The notes: generated by a model not told the origin, from the letters alone. A stretch of 64,000 nucleotides of DNA from Verrucomicrobiota bacterium (GCA_030830965.1 JAURLX010000003.1:11157-75156); one strand, 5' to 3'; counted from the stretch's first letter, positions 1 to 11,161 are shown. A program made the numbers and translations.

Positions 1-664
1 GCCGACAGTCGCCCGGAGGCATCCTGCGCATCAGCAACGCACCCATCTGGAACCGACGCAAGGTACGCACATGGAAGCCGAAAATCTCGAATAGCCGGCG
101 GATCTCCCGCTTGCGACCCTGGTCGAGATGGACCTCGAGATGCGCAGGGTGGTCGGGCAGGCGGATGACCTTGCGAAACCTGAGACGCTCCCCTTCCTCC
201 ACGGCCCCTTTCAGCAGCCGCGGCGTCAGCGCGGGGTCGTAGTCCCGGTTCAAAGTGACCTCGTAGCGCTTGATGACGCCACCGGAAGGATGCATGACGC
301 GGTTCGCCAAATCACCGTCGTTGGTCAGCAGCAACATGCCCTCGGAATCCTTGTCGAGGCGCCCGACGCAGAACAGCCGGAACTCGGCGTATTCCGGCGG
401 GACGAGCTCGAAGACCGTCTGACCTCCGTGCGAATCCAGGTTGGTGCAGAGATAGCCCCGCGGCTTGTTCATCAGCAGCACCACCCTGCGGGCCGCCGAC
501 CTGACCAGCATTCCGCGGCAACGGACCTGATCGGTCGCGGGATCGACGGGCTGCCCGACCGTCGCCGGCCGGCCGTTGACGGTGACCTTCCCTTCCGCGA
601 CGAGCCGCTCGGCCTCGCGGCGGGAGCAGACCCCCGCCGTGGCGAGGAACTTATGGATTCTCAT
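1..664 (-). CDS. RsuA/RluB-family rRNA pseudouridine synthase (C-terminus runs off the window)
   Basis: Absent from the ORF track because no stop lies in the window. My translation of the minus strand from the ATG at 664-662 gives [34 protein letters not shown] (S4 domain) ... [31 protein letters not shown] ... KRYEV ... [11 protein letters not shown]. These are the catalytic-Asp motif and core of the RsuA/RluB family. Confidence 0.85.
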   Translation of the reverse strand, partial: MRIHKFLATAGVCSRREAERLVAEGKVTVNGRPATVGQPVDPATDQVRCRGMLVRSAARRVVLLMNKPRGYLCTNLDSHGGQTVFELVPPEYAEFRLFCVGRLDKDSEGMLLLTNDGDLANRVMHPSGGVIKRYEVTLNRDYDPALTPRLLKGAVEEGERLRFRKVIRLPDHPAHLEVHLDQGRKREIRRLFEIFGFHVRTLRRFQMGALLMRRMPPGDCR

Positions 665-708
665 GGGTCCTTCGGTGGCCACGGGGCATCTCTGTGGCAA
701 TCAGCCCC

Positions 709-750
709 GGAGGGCGAGCAAAGTCGGCGGCAGGACTTTGCTCGCCCTCC
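709..750. promoter_or_regulatory. Perfect 17-bp inverted repeat / stem-loop in the divergent region between the pseudouridine synthase and folD
   Basis: Read directly: 709-725 GGAGGGCGAGCAAAGTC is the exact reverse complement of 734-750 GACTTTGCTCGCCCTCC, with loop GGCGGCAG. It lies 30 nt upstream of the folD ATG. Confidence 0.6.
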
Positions 751-779
751 TCGACGCGTTCCTTCTATGTGGAGGCCGC

Positions 780-1646
780 ATGCGACTCATCGACGGAAAC
801 GCCATCGCCCAACAGGTGCTCTCCGAGGTCAGGGAGCGCGCCGCGCGACTGAGCCCGGTCGTCCCGCACGTGGCCTTCGTCCGGGTGGGAGAGGACCCCG
901 CTTCGGTGTCCTACGTGGCCAAGAAACAGAAGACGGCGGCGGAGGTCGGGATGAAGGCCAGCCTACGGGTCTTCGCCTCCGACGTCTCCAGGACGGAGCT
1001 GTTCGCCCACCTTGACGCGCTCAACAACGACCCCTCGGTGCACGGCGTCCTCATCCAGGCTCCGCTCCCGAAGCACCTGCCCGAGACCGAGGTCTTCAAC
1101 CGTGTCTCGCCCGCCAAGGACGTGGACGGCTTCGGCACGCAGAGCATCGGGCGGCTGGTGCAGGAGCTGCCGGGGGCCTTCGCCGCGTGCACGCCCGCCG
1201 GGGTGGTGGAGCTGCTGCGACGCTCGGGCGTCGAGACGGCCGGCAAGCACGCCGTCGTGGTCGGGCGCTCCCTCATCGTCGGCAAGCCCGCCGCGGCCCT
1301 GCTCCTCGCCAAGGGCTGCGACTGCACCGTCACGATCGCCCACTCGAAGACGAGGGACCTCGCCGCGGTGGTGCGGCAGGCCGACATCGTCGTGGCCGCG
1401 ATCGGCCGGCCGAGGTTCATCACGGCCGACATGATCCGGCCGGGCGCCGTGGTCATCGACGTGGGCATCAACCGCGTGCCCGACGCCACCAAGAAGTCAG
1501 GGTACCGCATCGTCGGCGACGTGGACTTCGACGCGGTGGCCCCGCTCTGCGAGGCGATCACGCCGGTGCCCGGCGGGGTCGGCCCCATGACCGTGGCCAT
1601 GCTCATGATGAACACGCTCACGGCCTGCGAGCGCTCCCGTGGCTGA
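780..1646 (+). CDS. folD: Bifunctional methylenetetrahydrofolate dehydrogenase/cyclohydrolase
   Basis: ORF 576..1646 trimmed to the internal ATG at 780, which is preceded by GGAGG (771-775). [17 protein letters not shown]..., [15 protein letters not shown] and [13 protein letters not shown] are typical FolD motifs. Length 288 aa. Confidence 0.95.
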   Translation: MRLIDGNAIAQQVLSEVRERAARLSPVVPHVAFVRVGEDPASVSYVAKKQKTAAEVGMKASLRVFASDVSRTELFAHLDALNNDPSVHGVLIQAPLPKHLPETEVFNRVSPAKDVDGFGTQSIGRLVQELPGAFAACTPAGVVELLRRSGVETAGKHAVVVGRSLIVGKPAAALLLAKGCDCTVTIAHSKTRDLAAVVRQADIVVAAIGRPRFITADMIRPGAVVIDVGINRVPDATKKSGYRIVGDVDFDAVAPLCEAITPVPGGVGPMTVAMLMMNTLTACERSRG

Positions 1647-2232
1647 ACCCCCGCCCATCCCCCCGGCGCCCGCGGGCTTCGGCTGGCGCTCCCTGGCCTG
1701 CTTGGCGGACATCATCCCGCTGTTCATCTGCGGCCATGCCGTGGCCGGCATCGTGGCGGACGCCGACGCCCTCGCCGCCTACGCGACGCAGCAGCAGTGG
1801 ACGCGCGGACTCATCGAACTCTACTTGCAGTCCTTCAGCGCCCCGTCGGCGGACGCCAGCAGGCGGATCCTGGAGTACGCCTTCAGCCCCCCGAAGGAGA
1901 CCATCGAGGCGGTGGTCACCTGGAGCTGGCACGTGGGGACGACGACGTTCCTGGTCATGCTCTCCGCGCTGACCACGCAGGAGACGCTCATGGGCACGAC
2001 CCTGGGCAAGAGGATGTTCCGGCTGCGGACGGCGGACTTCGCCGGAGGCGGGCGGGCGTCCTTCCTCGCCTGCCTGCTTCGTTCCGCCTGGAAATCGGCC
2101 TTCTTCGCCCTGCCCAATCCGGTCTTCATCGTGGTGGGCATCGTCAACTTCCACGTGCCCCTGTTCCGCAAGGACAAGCGGGCCTGGCATGACGTCTGGA
2201 CGCGGACGCAGGTCGTGGAGTCAGGACGTTAA
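1639..2232 (+). CDS. RDD-family integral membrane protein
   Basis: GTG start overlapping the folD stop by 8 nt. Several hydrophobic segments and a C-terminal [19 protein letters not shown] signature resembling the RDD domain. Confidence 0.6.
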   Translation: MAEPPPIPPAPAGFGWRSLACLADIIPLFICGHAVAGIVADADALAAYATQQQWTRGLIELYLQSFSAPSADASRRILEYAFSPPKETIEAVVTWSWHVGTTTFLVMLSALTTQETLMGTTLGKRMFRLRTADFAGGGRASFLACLLRSAWKSAFFALPNPVFIVVGIVNFHVPLFRKDKRAWHDVWTRTQVVESGR

Positions 2233-2275
2233 CCTCCGCTTGCTGGGCGCCGGTCCCGGGACATCCTGCGGACGC

Positions 2276-3133
2276 ATGAGAACGGCGCTGCTTCTGATCG
2301 CCACCCTCGCGCAGGCCGAAGACATCCCCCTCCCTGCCCTCACCGAAGGGCCGCCGGCCCCGGGCCGGCGCGCGACGATCACCGCGCCGGAATACCGGGG
2401 CACAAAGGTGCGCCATCTGCTGACCCTGCCCGAGGACTGGACGCCGGACTGGAAGGCCCGCGGTCGCAGCTGGCCGGTGATCGTCGAGTACACCGGCAAC
2501 CACTTTCCGACCTCAGGTTCGACCGGCGAGGTCGAGGGTGCAGGCCTGGGATACGGACTGATGCGCGGGCGAACGATCTGGGTGGTCCTTCCCTACGTGG
2601 CCAAGGACGGCAAGAACAACGAGCGCACCTGGTGGGGTGACGTGGACGCGACGGTCCGCTACGCCAAGACCAACGTCCCGAGGGTCTGCGCGGAGTTCGG
2701 CGGCGATCCGGGCAGGGTCGCGCTCTGCGGCTTCTCGCGCGGCGCCATCGGCGTCTCCTTCCTCGGACTCCATGACAACGAGATCGCTGGGCTCTGGCGC
2801 GCCTTCTGGACCCACGACCACTTCGACGGGGTGCGGGAATGGAAAGGACAGGAATGGGGCTCTCCGCTGGCGCGCTACCGCGAGGAGGCGGTCGCACGCC
2901 TGCGTCGGCTCGGAGGCCGCCCCCTGCTCATCACGGGCGGCGACGAGGGGACGAGGCGCCTCCTGGAACCGATCACGGACCGGGGCGTCACCTTCCTGAC
3001 GGTCGACATGAAGGCCCTCTACGGAAAATTCCCGAACGAGGCCGTACCCCATCCGCACACGGACCGCTGGCCCCTCCGGCCTTCCGAGGTCAGGCGGAAG
3101 GCCGAGCGGTGGCTGGAGGAGGCCCTGCGCTGA
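2276..3133 (+). CDS. Secreted alpha/beta-hydrolase (esterase/depolymerase-like)
   Basis: ORF 2189..3133 trimmed to the ATG at 2276. Signal peptide [18 protein letters not shown]. Nucleophile elbow GFSRGA (GxSxG). Confidence 0.6.
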   Translation: MRTALLLIATLAQAEDIPLPALTEGPPAPGRRATITAPEYRGTKVRHLLTLPEDWTPDWKARGRSWPVIVEYTGNHFPTSGSTGEVEGAGLGYGLMRGRTIWVVLPYVAKDGKNNERTWWGDVDATVRYAKTNVPRVCAEFGGDPGRVALCGFSRGAIGVSFLGLHDNEIAGLWRAFWTHDHFDGVREWKGQEWGSPLARYREEAVARLRRLGGRPLLITGGDEGTRRLLEPITDRGVTFLTVDMKALYGKFPNEAVPHPHTDRWPLRPSEVRRKAERWLEEALR

Positions 3134-3148
3134 GGACCCCGGCAACAG

Positions 3149-3173
3149 GAAGCCCCGGCGGGGCCGGGGCTTC
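3149..3173. terminator. GC-rich hairpin between the convergent esterase and pnp genes (candidate bidirectional terminator)
   Basis: GAAGCCCCGGC (3149-3159), GGG loop, GCCGGGGCTTC (3163-3173): a perfect 11-bp stem. There is no clear U-tract on either strand. Confidence 0.5.
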
Positions 3174-3194
3174 GGGCAGGACTCGGGCAGCCGG

Positions 3195-5420
<2,226 letters not shown>

Positions 5421-5441
5421 GTTGTTGGTTCTTTTTGTTGT

Positions 5442-5512
5442 GCCGGACGGGATGTCCGGCGGGTTGTTGTTTGTGGGTGGGAAAGAAGGCGTCCCAGCCG
5501 GGGCTGGGACGC
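5442..5512 (-). promoter_or_regulatory. rpsO-pnp intergenic stem-loops (rpsO terminator/attenuator and pnp leader hairpin)
   Basis: Perfect 11-bp stem GCGTCCCAGCC/GGCTGGGACGC (5489-5512), followed on the minus-strand RNA by CUUCUUUC. A 7-bp stem GCCGGAC/GTCCGGC (5442-5460) lies just upstream of the pnp ATG. In E. coli the same intergenic region carries the rpsO terminator and the RNase III-processed pnp leader. Confidence 0.5.
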
Positions 5513-5543
5513 GCTCAGGAGACCGGCGCCCGGAGGGCGCGGA

Positions 5544-5804
5544 TCACTTGCGCAGGTTGAGCTTGCCGAGGAGCGCGTTGTACCGGTCCAGGTCGCTCGA
5601 CTTCAGGTAGTTCAACAGCTTGCGGCGGCGGTTCGTCAGCATGATGAGGCCGCGGCGCGAGTGGAAATCCTTGCGGTGGGAACGCAGGTGCTCGGTCAGG
5701 TGGTTGATCCGGGCGGTGATTAGGGCCACCTGGACTTCCGGGGAACCGGTGTCCTTGGATCCCTGCTGGTGCTTCTTGATGATGTCCGACTTGTCGACCG
5801 ACAT
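5544..5804 (-). CDS. rpsO: 30S ribosomal protein S15
   Basis: 86 aa. [49 protein letters not shown] is classic S15. Confidence 0.97.
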   Translation of the reverse strand: MSVDKSDIIKKHQQGSKDTGSPEVQVALITARINHLTEHLRSHRKDFHSRRGLIMLTNRRRKLLNYLKSSDLDRYNALLGKLNLRK

Positions 5805-6050
5805 GGTGTTGGGTGTGGTTAGTTTTGTGGGGTGGCCGACCTGGGAGATATTCCCGAAAGCCCCGCCTTCAGGCCGGGCTCTCCGTCTGGAAGGGCCTTG
5901 CGACCCCCGGCCAGCGTGAGAAGGGCTCCGCCCCTCCCCCTAACGAAGTTGACCCTCAGAGATGACGGACGGCTCCGGCGCAGGCAAGCAGGAAAAGGCC
6001 GGACCGACCGGCCTCGAAAGAAGGGCAAAGCGGGCCGAAAGGACATGTCC

Positions 6051-6065
6051 GTTGACTCCCCCGCC
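6051..6065 (+). promoter_or_regulatory. GTTGACTCCCCCGCC motif (candidate -35-containing promoter element) upstream of yhbY
   Basis: The exact 15-mer is also found at 41838-41852. In both copies the TTGACT hexamer ends 29 nt before an ATG start codon. Confidence 0.3.
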
Positions 6066-6086
6066 GGCCGGCGGACAAAAGATGTC

Positions 6087-6383
6087 ATGTCGAACGGCGA
6101 AGAAGAACGCCCCTCCCTTACCGGCGCCGAGCGCGGCCGGCTGCGCGGCCTCGCCCAGACGATCGAGCCCAAGGTCTTCGTCGGCAAGCTCGGCGTCAAC
6201 GCGGGCATCGCCAAGCTGCTGACGGATGCGTTCCGAAACGCAGACTTGGTCAAGGTTCGTTTCACGGCCGCACGCGAGGAGATGGATGCGCAGGCACGGG
6301 AGCTCGCCCGGATGACGGACAGCGAGCTGATTGGCTCGGTCGGGCGAACCGCCAGCTTCTTCCGGACAGGAGGCGGCGGCTGA
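6087..6383 (+). CDS. yhbY: YhbY/CRM-domain RNA-binding protein
   Basis: ORF 5832..6383 trimmed to the ATG at 6087 (an alternative ATG lies at 6045). LTGAERGRLRGLAQTIEPKVFVGKLGVNAGIAKLLTDAFRNADLVKVRF matches the YhbY fold pattern. 98 aa, like E. coli YhbY. Confidence 0.8.
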   Translation: MSNGEEERPSLTGAERGRLRGLAQTIEPKVFVGKLGVNAGIAKLLTDAFRNADLVKVRFTAAREEMDAQARELARMTDSELIGSVGRTASFFRTGGGG

Positions 6384-6387
6384 GGCC

Positions 6388-7275
6388 ATGGACTCCGGGG
6401 GATTCGAGCTAAGGCTGAGGGCTCTGACGACCAAGGCCGAGGAAGCCCTCCGGCGCCTGACGCCACGCGCGGACGCCCGCCCCGCCCGGCTCCACGCCGC
6501 CATGCGCCATTCGCTCGACGCCGGAGGCAAACGGCTTCGGCCGGTGCTCTGCCTGGCCTCGGCGGAGGCCTTCGGCGGAGGATCCCGGGCGGACCATGCG
6601 GCGACGGCGCTCGAATGCGTCCACACCTACTCGCTCATCCACGACGACCTCCCGTGCATGGACGACTCGGACCTGCGTCGGGGACGCCCCTCCTGCCACA
6701 AGGCCTTCGACGAGGCCACCGCGCTCCTCGCCGGCGACGCGCTGCTCGCGCTGGCCTTCGAGCTGCTCGCCGCCGGGCACGCGACGGAGCCGGAGCTGGC
6801 CACGGCGCTCGTGGGGGAACTCGCCCGCACCTGCGGGTCCGGCCTCCTGGTCGGAGGACAGGCCGAGGACATGGGCGGTCTCGCCTCCGGCGCCACGGAC
6901 GAAAGGCTGGACTTCATCCTCGAAGGCAAGACCGCGGCCATGATCGGGTCCTCCTTCGCGATGGGCGCGATGATCGGCGGCGCCACGACCGCGGACGTGG
7001 ACCTTTTCCGGCGGGCCGGACGCTCCGTGGGCCGGGCCTTCCAGCTGATGGACGACCTCCTCGACGTCACCGCGGACTCCGCGAGCCTCGGCAAGCCCGC
7101 CGGCGCGGATGCGCAGAACGGCAAACTGACCTATGTCGGCCTGCACGGCGCGGATGCCGCGCGCGCGCGCGTCGCGCGCCTGACGACGGCTGCCGTGGAA
7201 GATCTCCAAGCCACCGCGGGTGAGGTGTCCTTCCTGGCCGAGCTTGTCCGGCGCCTGTCGGCCCGAGGGAACTAG
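6388..7275 (+). CDS. ispA: Polyprenyl (farnesyl/geranylgeranyl) diphosphate synthase
   Basis: ORF 6331..7275 trimmed to the ATG at 6388, 4 nt after the yhbY stop. First Asp-rich motif LIHDDLPCMDDSDLRRG and second motif FQLMDDLLD. Confidence 0.9.
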   Translation: MDSGGFELRLRALTTKAEEALRRLTPRADARPARLHAAMRHSLDAGGKRLRPVLCLASAEAFGGGSRADHAATALECVHTYSLIHDDLPCMDDSDLRRGRPSCHKAFDEATALLAGDALLALAFELLAAGHATEPELATALVGELARTCGSGLLVGGQAEDMGGLASGATDERLDFILEGKTAAMIGSSFAMGAMIGGATTADVDLFRRAGRSVGRAFQLMDDLLDVTADSASLGKPAGADAQNGKLTYVGLHGADAARARVARLTTAAVEDLQATAGEVSFLAELVRRLSARGN

Positions 7276-7658
7276 TCGTCGGCGCGACGTCCCTCCGAAG
7301 GCAGCTGCTCGGGCAGGAACCCGTAGTAGGTGCCGAGCCACAACCGCCAGGCGATGCCGTTCAGGGCCACGGGCAGCAGCAGCGCGGCCGCGACCGCGGC
7401 CTGGACGGAGGCCGCGCGCCCGAGCAGGCCGCAAAGGTGGAGGACGGCCAGAACCGGCAGCGCGCCGAAGGCGATCAGCCCGTAGTTCCAGACCATGGCT
7501 CCTAGGAAGAAGCCCCCGCCACGGCGCAGGGACAGACCGCAGCCCGAGCAGACCGGGGGCACGCTCAGCATGCCCGCCCAGCCGCTGGGGAGCGGCTCGG
7601 CGCAGTCGGGACAACACCCTCGTGCGCAGCGCAGGAAGATGCCGGGGCGGAACGCCAT
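7272..7658 (-). CDS. Zinc-ribbon membrane protein (DUF983-like)
   Basis: ORF 7272..8174 trimmed to the ATG at 7658, because the longer form overlaps tsf. CPDC...CSGCG zinc-ribbon followed by two hydrophobic helices. 128 aa. Confidence 0.5.
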   Translation of the reverse strand: MAFRPGIFLRCARGCCPDCAEPLPSGWAGMLSVPPVCSGCGLSLRRGGGFFLGAMVWNYGLIAFGALPVLAVLHLCGLLGRAASVQAAVAAALLLPVALNGIAWRLWLGTYYGFLPEQLPSEGRRADD

Positions 7659-7690
7659 GCGGTCACTCTGCGACGGCGGAGACCGCCTGT

Positions 7691-7724
7691 AAAGCAAAGG
7701 GGCCGATCCTTGCGGACCGGCCCC
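7691..7724 (-). terminator. Rho-independent terminator of tsf
   Basis: On the minus-strand RNA: GGGGCCGGUCC-GCAA-GGAUCGGCCCC (11 bp including one G-U pair, GNRA loop) followed by UUUGCUUU. It lies 20 nt after the tsf stop. Confidence 0.65.
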
Positions 7725-7743
7725 GTGGCCCGTCGCGGTCAGC

Positions 7744-8784
7744 TCACTCGGCTGCCGTCTCGCCGACCTGATAGCGGGCGAAGCGGACGACGGAGACCTC
7801 TTCCCCGAGACGCGCCTTGGCGGCGGCCAGGAGGTCGGCGATCTTCTTGTCGGTCTCGCGGAAGTAGACCTGCTCGAGCAGGCAGGCTTCGGCGAAGAAC
7901 TTGTCGACGCGACCGGAGACGATCTTCTCGAGGTTGGAAAGCTGGCTCTTCTTGCGGGCCTCGGCGGCTGCGGCCTGCTTCTCGGAGACGGCGATGCGCT
8001 TCTCGAGCTCGGCCACGGCCTCGGCGTTACCCGCGGCCTTCTGCTCGGACAGCTGGGCCCGGTAGTCCTCGACGACACGCTGGGCCTCGGCGATGGCCTT
8101 ATCGGCCTCCGACTTGGTGAACTCGGCGGCGATCTCCTTCTCCTTGGCCACGACCTCGGCAGGGACCTCGTCACGGCGGACGAAGCGCGCGTTATTGGCG
8201 ACGACCTGCATGGCGAGGGACCGGGCGAGGTCGGCGACCTCAGGGTTAGCCGCCGCGTCCGCGGACTTGAGACCGAGCTCCAGGAGCACGGCGATCTTCG
8301 CGCCAGTGTGCACGTAGGCGGAAACGCGTCCCGTGCCGGACGCGTCGAAACGCAGGGCGCGGGAGATCTTCAGGTTTTCGCCGATCTTGGTGACCTGGTC
8401 GTTGAGGAAGTCGTTCACCTTCCGCGAGGCGTCCGCATGGTAGGGCTGCTCGAGGATGCCGTCGACGCCCTTGAGGGAGGCCTGCAGGACCAGGTCCTTG
8501 GAGAGGGCCAGGAAGGCCTCGTTCTTGGCCACGAAGTCGGTCTCGCAGTTGAGCTCGAGCAGGGTGGCGCTGCGCCCATCGTCGGCGATGCGGACGGCGA
8601 GGACGCCCTCGCTGGCCTTGCGGTCCGCCTTCTTGTTGCGGGTGGCGACGCCCTTGATACGGAGGATCTCGACGGCGCGCTCCATGTCGCCTCCAGCCTC
8701 GGTCAGGGCCTTCTTGCAGTCCATCAGGCCGGCGCCGGTGCGCTGGCGCAGATCGTTGACCGTCTGTGCGGTGATCGCGGACAT
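7744..8784 (-). CDS. tsf: Elongation factor Ts (with an extra helical insertion)
   Basis: N-terminal UBA-like MSAITAQTVNDLRQRTGAGLMDCKKALTEAGGDMERAVEILR and ELNCETDFVAKNEAF. 346 aa, longer than typical EF-Ts. Confidence 0.95.
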   Translation of the reverse strand: MSAITAQTVNDLRQRTGAGLMDCKKALTEAGGDMERAVEILRIKGVATRNKKADRKASEGVLAVRIADDGRSATLLELNCETDFVAKNEAFLALSKDLVLQASLKGVDGILEQPYHADASRKVNDFLNDQVTKIGENLKISRALRFDASGTGRVSAYVHTGAKIAVLLELGLKSADAAANPEVADLARSLAMQVVANNARFVRRDEVPAEVVAKEKEIAAEFTKSEADKAIAEAQRVVEDYRAQLSEQKAAGNAEAVAELEKRIAVSEKQAAAAEARKKSQLSNLEKIVSGRVDKFFAEACLLEQVYFRETDKKIADLLAAAKARLGEEVSVVRFARYQVGETAAE

Positions 8785-8793
8785 GTCTCGGGA

Positions 8794-9651
8794 TTACTTG
8801 GAGGTCCGGCGGCCACGGGGGCCCTTCGGCGCGCCTTCGGAGCCGGGCTCCTCGGTGCGCTCGCTGGCCTTCATCAGGTCCTCGGAGATCTTCACTTCAG
8901 GAAGGACGGATTCGCCGGACTCCTCGCGGTTCACCGGCGTCACGGTCATCCGCGGATCACGCTCGACCTTGCGGCGGGCGACGCCCGACTGCACGGCCTG
9001 GGTGAGGGCCTCGACCACGAGACGGATGGCCTTGGCCGCGTCGTCATTGCCGGGGATGGGGAACTGCAGGAGGGTCGGGTCGGAGTTGCTGTCGCAGAGT
9101 CCCACGACCGGAATGCCAAGGCGGTTGGCCTCGTTGACGGCGATCTCCTCGAGCTTCGTGTCGATGACGATCACGGCCGCAGGAAGGTCGCGGTACTCGA
9201 GCAGGCCTTCGAAATTGCGCTGCATGCGGGACATCTCGCGACGGACGGCGGCGCCTTCCTTCTTGTGCATCTTGGCCAGGGAGCCGTCCTGCTCCATGCG
9301 GAGGTAGGTGCGGTACTTGTCCAGGGACTTCTTGATGGTGGCGAAGTTGGTCAGGGTGCCGCCCAGCCAGCGGTTCACCGCGAAGGGCATGCCCGTGGAC
9401 TGGGCCGCCTGACGGACGACGTCCTGAGCCTGAGGCTTGGTCGCGACGAAGAGCACTTCCTTGCCCTTGGCGGCGACTTCCTCGACGAAGCCCGCGGCGG
9501 CCGCGAGGCACGCGTGGGTCTTCTCCAGGTCGATGATCGACACACCATTGCGGTGGTCGAAGATGTAGGGACGGGACCGGGGGTTCCAACGGCGGGTCTG
9601 GTGCCCGAAGTGGACGCCGGCGTCGAGGAGGTCTTTGACTGTGATGTTCAT
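8794..9651 (-). CDS. rpsB: 30S ribosomal protein S2
   Basis: ORF 8794..9783 trimmed to the ATG at 9651. MNITVKDLLDAGVHFGHQTRRWNPRSRPYIF. Sits in the usual rpsB-tsf pair with a 9-nt gap. Confidence 0.97.
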   Translation of the reverse strand: MNITVKDLLDAGVHFGHQTRRWNPRSRPYIFDHRNGVSIIDLEKTHACLAAAAGFVEEVAAKGKEVLFVATKPQAQDVVRQAAQSTGMPFAVNRWLGGTLTNFATIKKSLDKYRTYLRMEQDGSLAKMHKKEGAAVRREMSRMQRNFEGLLEYRDLPAAVIVIDTKLEEIAVNEANRLGIPVVGLCDSNSDPTLLQFPIPGNDDAAKAIRLVVEALTQAVQSGVARRKVERDPRMTVTPVNREESGESVLPEVKISEDLMKASERTEEPGSEGAPKGPRGRRTSK

Positions 9652-9874
9652 GGTTTTCTGGCTCCGTATCCCGCTTCCTGCCGAGGAGGGGACATTGGAT
9701 CTGATGGTTTTGACTGCGGTTTGGTTTGATGTGCCCGGACGGATCGGCGGCCCGTCTAAGCGGAGGAAGGGTCGTTGAAACACCGGCGGCGGCCGGGTGC
9801 AAGCGGTAAAATGGCCCCATTACGGGCTATTTGGGGCTGACAGGGGCCGCCGTCTGTTCAGGGTCACAAAACCG

Positions 9875-11161
9875 ATGATCTGGGCCTACCGGATACTGTT
9901 CCCGATACTCCTGGTCCTCGCCCTGCCCTACTACCTCTGGCGCATGGTGCGCCGCGGGGGCTATGGCACGGATTTCGCCCAGCGACTCGGGTTTTTCCCC
10001 GAACTGGCGCCCAAGGCAGGCGGCAGACGGAGATTCTGGGTCCAAGCGGTCTCGGTCGGTGAGATCCAGGCGATCGGCCCCCTGCTCAAGCGGCTCAAGG
10101 CCGCCGGCGACGTGGAGATCGTGCTCACGACTACGACCAGCACGGGCTACCGCCTCGCCCGTCAGCTGCACGGCGGGTCGGCTGACATAATCGGCATCTT
10201 CCCCGTCGACCTCTGGCCCTGCAGCGCCCTGGCCTGGAACCGCATCCGGCCCGACGTGATCGTGCTGGCCGAAGGCGAAATCTGGCCCGAGCACCTCGCT
10301 CAGGCACGCAGCCGGGGCGTGCCGGCGGCGCTCGTCAACGGACGGCTCTCCGACCGCTCCTTCGCCCGACACCTCCGCCTGCGCCGGCTTTCGCGGACGC
10401 TCCTCGGCGGGTTCAGCCTGATTTGCGCGGGCAGCGAGGAAGACGCTCGGCGTTTCCGTGAGATCGGCGTGGAGCCGGTCACCACCGGTAACCTCAAGTT
10501 CGACGTGGCGGAACCCGCGCACGACGACGGGTCCGCGAGGAATTCCCTGCGGGGGTCCCTGGGCTTCGCCGGCTGCGACTGCATCGTGCTGGGCTCCTCG
10601 ACCTGGCCGGGAGAGGAGACGCTCCTGCTGCGCACGGTCGCGCGACTCCGCGCCTCGGGCGCCGACGTCAGGCTGTTGCTGACTCCCCGTCACGCCGAAC
10701 GACGCGAGGAGGTCGCAAGGACGGTGGCGGAGGCGGGCATGCCCTGGCACCAGAGGTCGACCGGCTCTCCCGCCCCGCAGGGCACCGTGGTGCACCTCGC
10801 CGACACCACCGGCGAACTGCGCCGGCTCACGGCCGCGGCCGACGTGGCCTTCTGCGGCAAGAGCCTGCCCCCCAACGAAGGCGGACAGACTCCGGTCGAG
10901 GCGGCCGCGGCTGGCGTCGCGCTCGTCTACGGACCCCGGATGACGAACTTCCGTGAGATGTGCCGCGAGCTCGAGGCGTCCGGAGCCGCCTTTCGCGCCG
11001 AAAACGAGGAAGAGGTCGCCGCCCTGCTCTCCCGTCTGGTTCGCGACGGGCAAAGTCGGAGATCCGCCGGGACAATCGCGGCCGCATGGTGCGCCCGGAA
11101 CCGCGGGGCCACCGAGCGCACGGCCGAGATTCTGCTCAAGGCGACGGCTCAGGCCTCGTAG
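9875..11161 (+). CDS. waaA: 3-deoxy-D-manno-octulosonic acid (Kdo) transferase
   Basis: ORF 9797..11161 trimmed to the ATG at 9875. N-terminal anchor MIWAYRILFPILLVLALPYYLWRMVRRGGY and FWVQAVSVGEIQAIGPLLKRLK are typical of WaaA/KdtA. Confidence 0.85.
   Translation: MIWAYRILFPILLVLALPYYLWRMVRRGGYGTDFAQRLGFFPELAPKAGGRRRFWVQAVSVGEIQAIGPLLKRLKAAGDVEIVLTTTTSTGYRLARQLHGGSADIIGIFPVDLWPCSALAWNRIRPDVIVLAEGEIWPEHLAQARSRGVPAALVNGRLSDRSFARHLRLRRLSRTLLGGFSLICAGSEEDARRFREIGVEPVTTGNLKFDVAEPAHDDGSARNSLRGSLGFAGCDCIVLGSSTWPGEETLLLRTVARLRASGADVRLLLTPRHAERREEVARTVAEAGMPWHQRSTGSPAPQGTVVHLADTTGELRRLTAAADVAFCGKSLPPNEGGQTPVEAAAAGVALVYGPRMTNFREMCRELEASGAAFRAENEEEVAALLSRLVRDGQSRRSAGTIAAAWCARNRGATERTAEILLKATAQAS

Noticed and set aside
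665-779. Possible ZTP (pfl) riboswitch in the folD leader
   Set aside because: folD is a known ZTP-riboswitch target in some bacteria. However, I could not find the conserved 3' element CCGCCUGGGC or the GGGUCGUGA-type 5' block. Only a generic perfect hairpin is present, and it is reported separately.
128-1015. 295-aa plus-strand ORF at the left edge
   Set aside because: Its composition is Arg/Gly/Pro/Ala-rich with no recognisable motifs. The opposite strand over 1-664 translates into an unmistakable RsuA/RluB pseudouridine synthase, and 780 onward is folD in another frame.
5975-6015. SRP/4.5S-like sequence (GCAGGCAAGCAGGAAAAGGCCGGACC)
   Set aside because: It has a superficial resemblance to the GGAA/AGCAGC helix-8 region. 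The order and pairing do not reproduce the SRP domain IV symmetric and asymmetric loops, and there is no flanking long helix.
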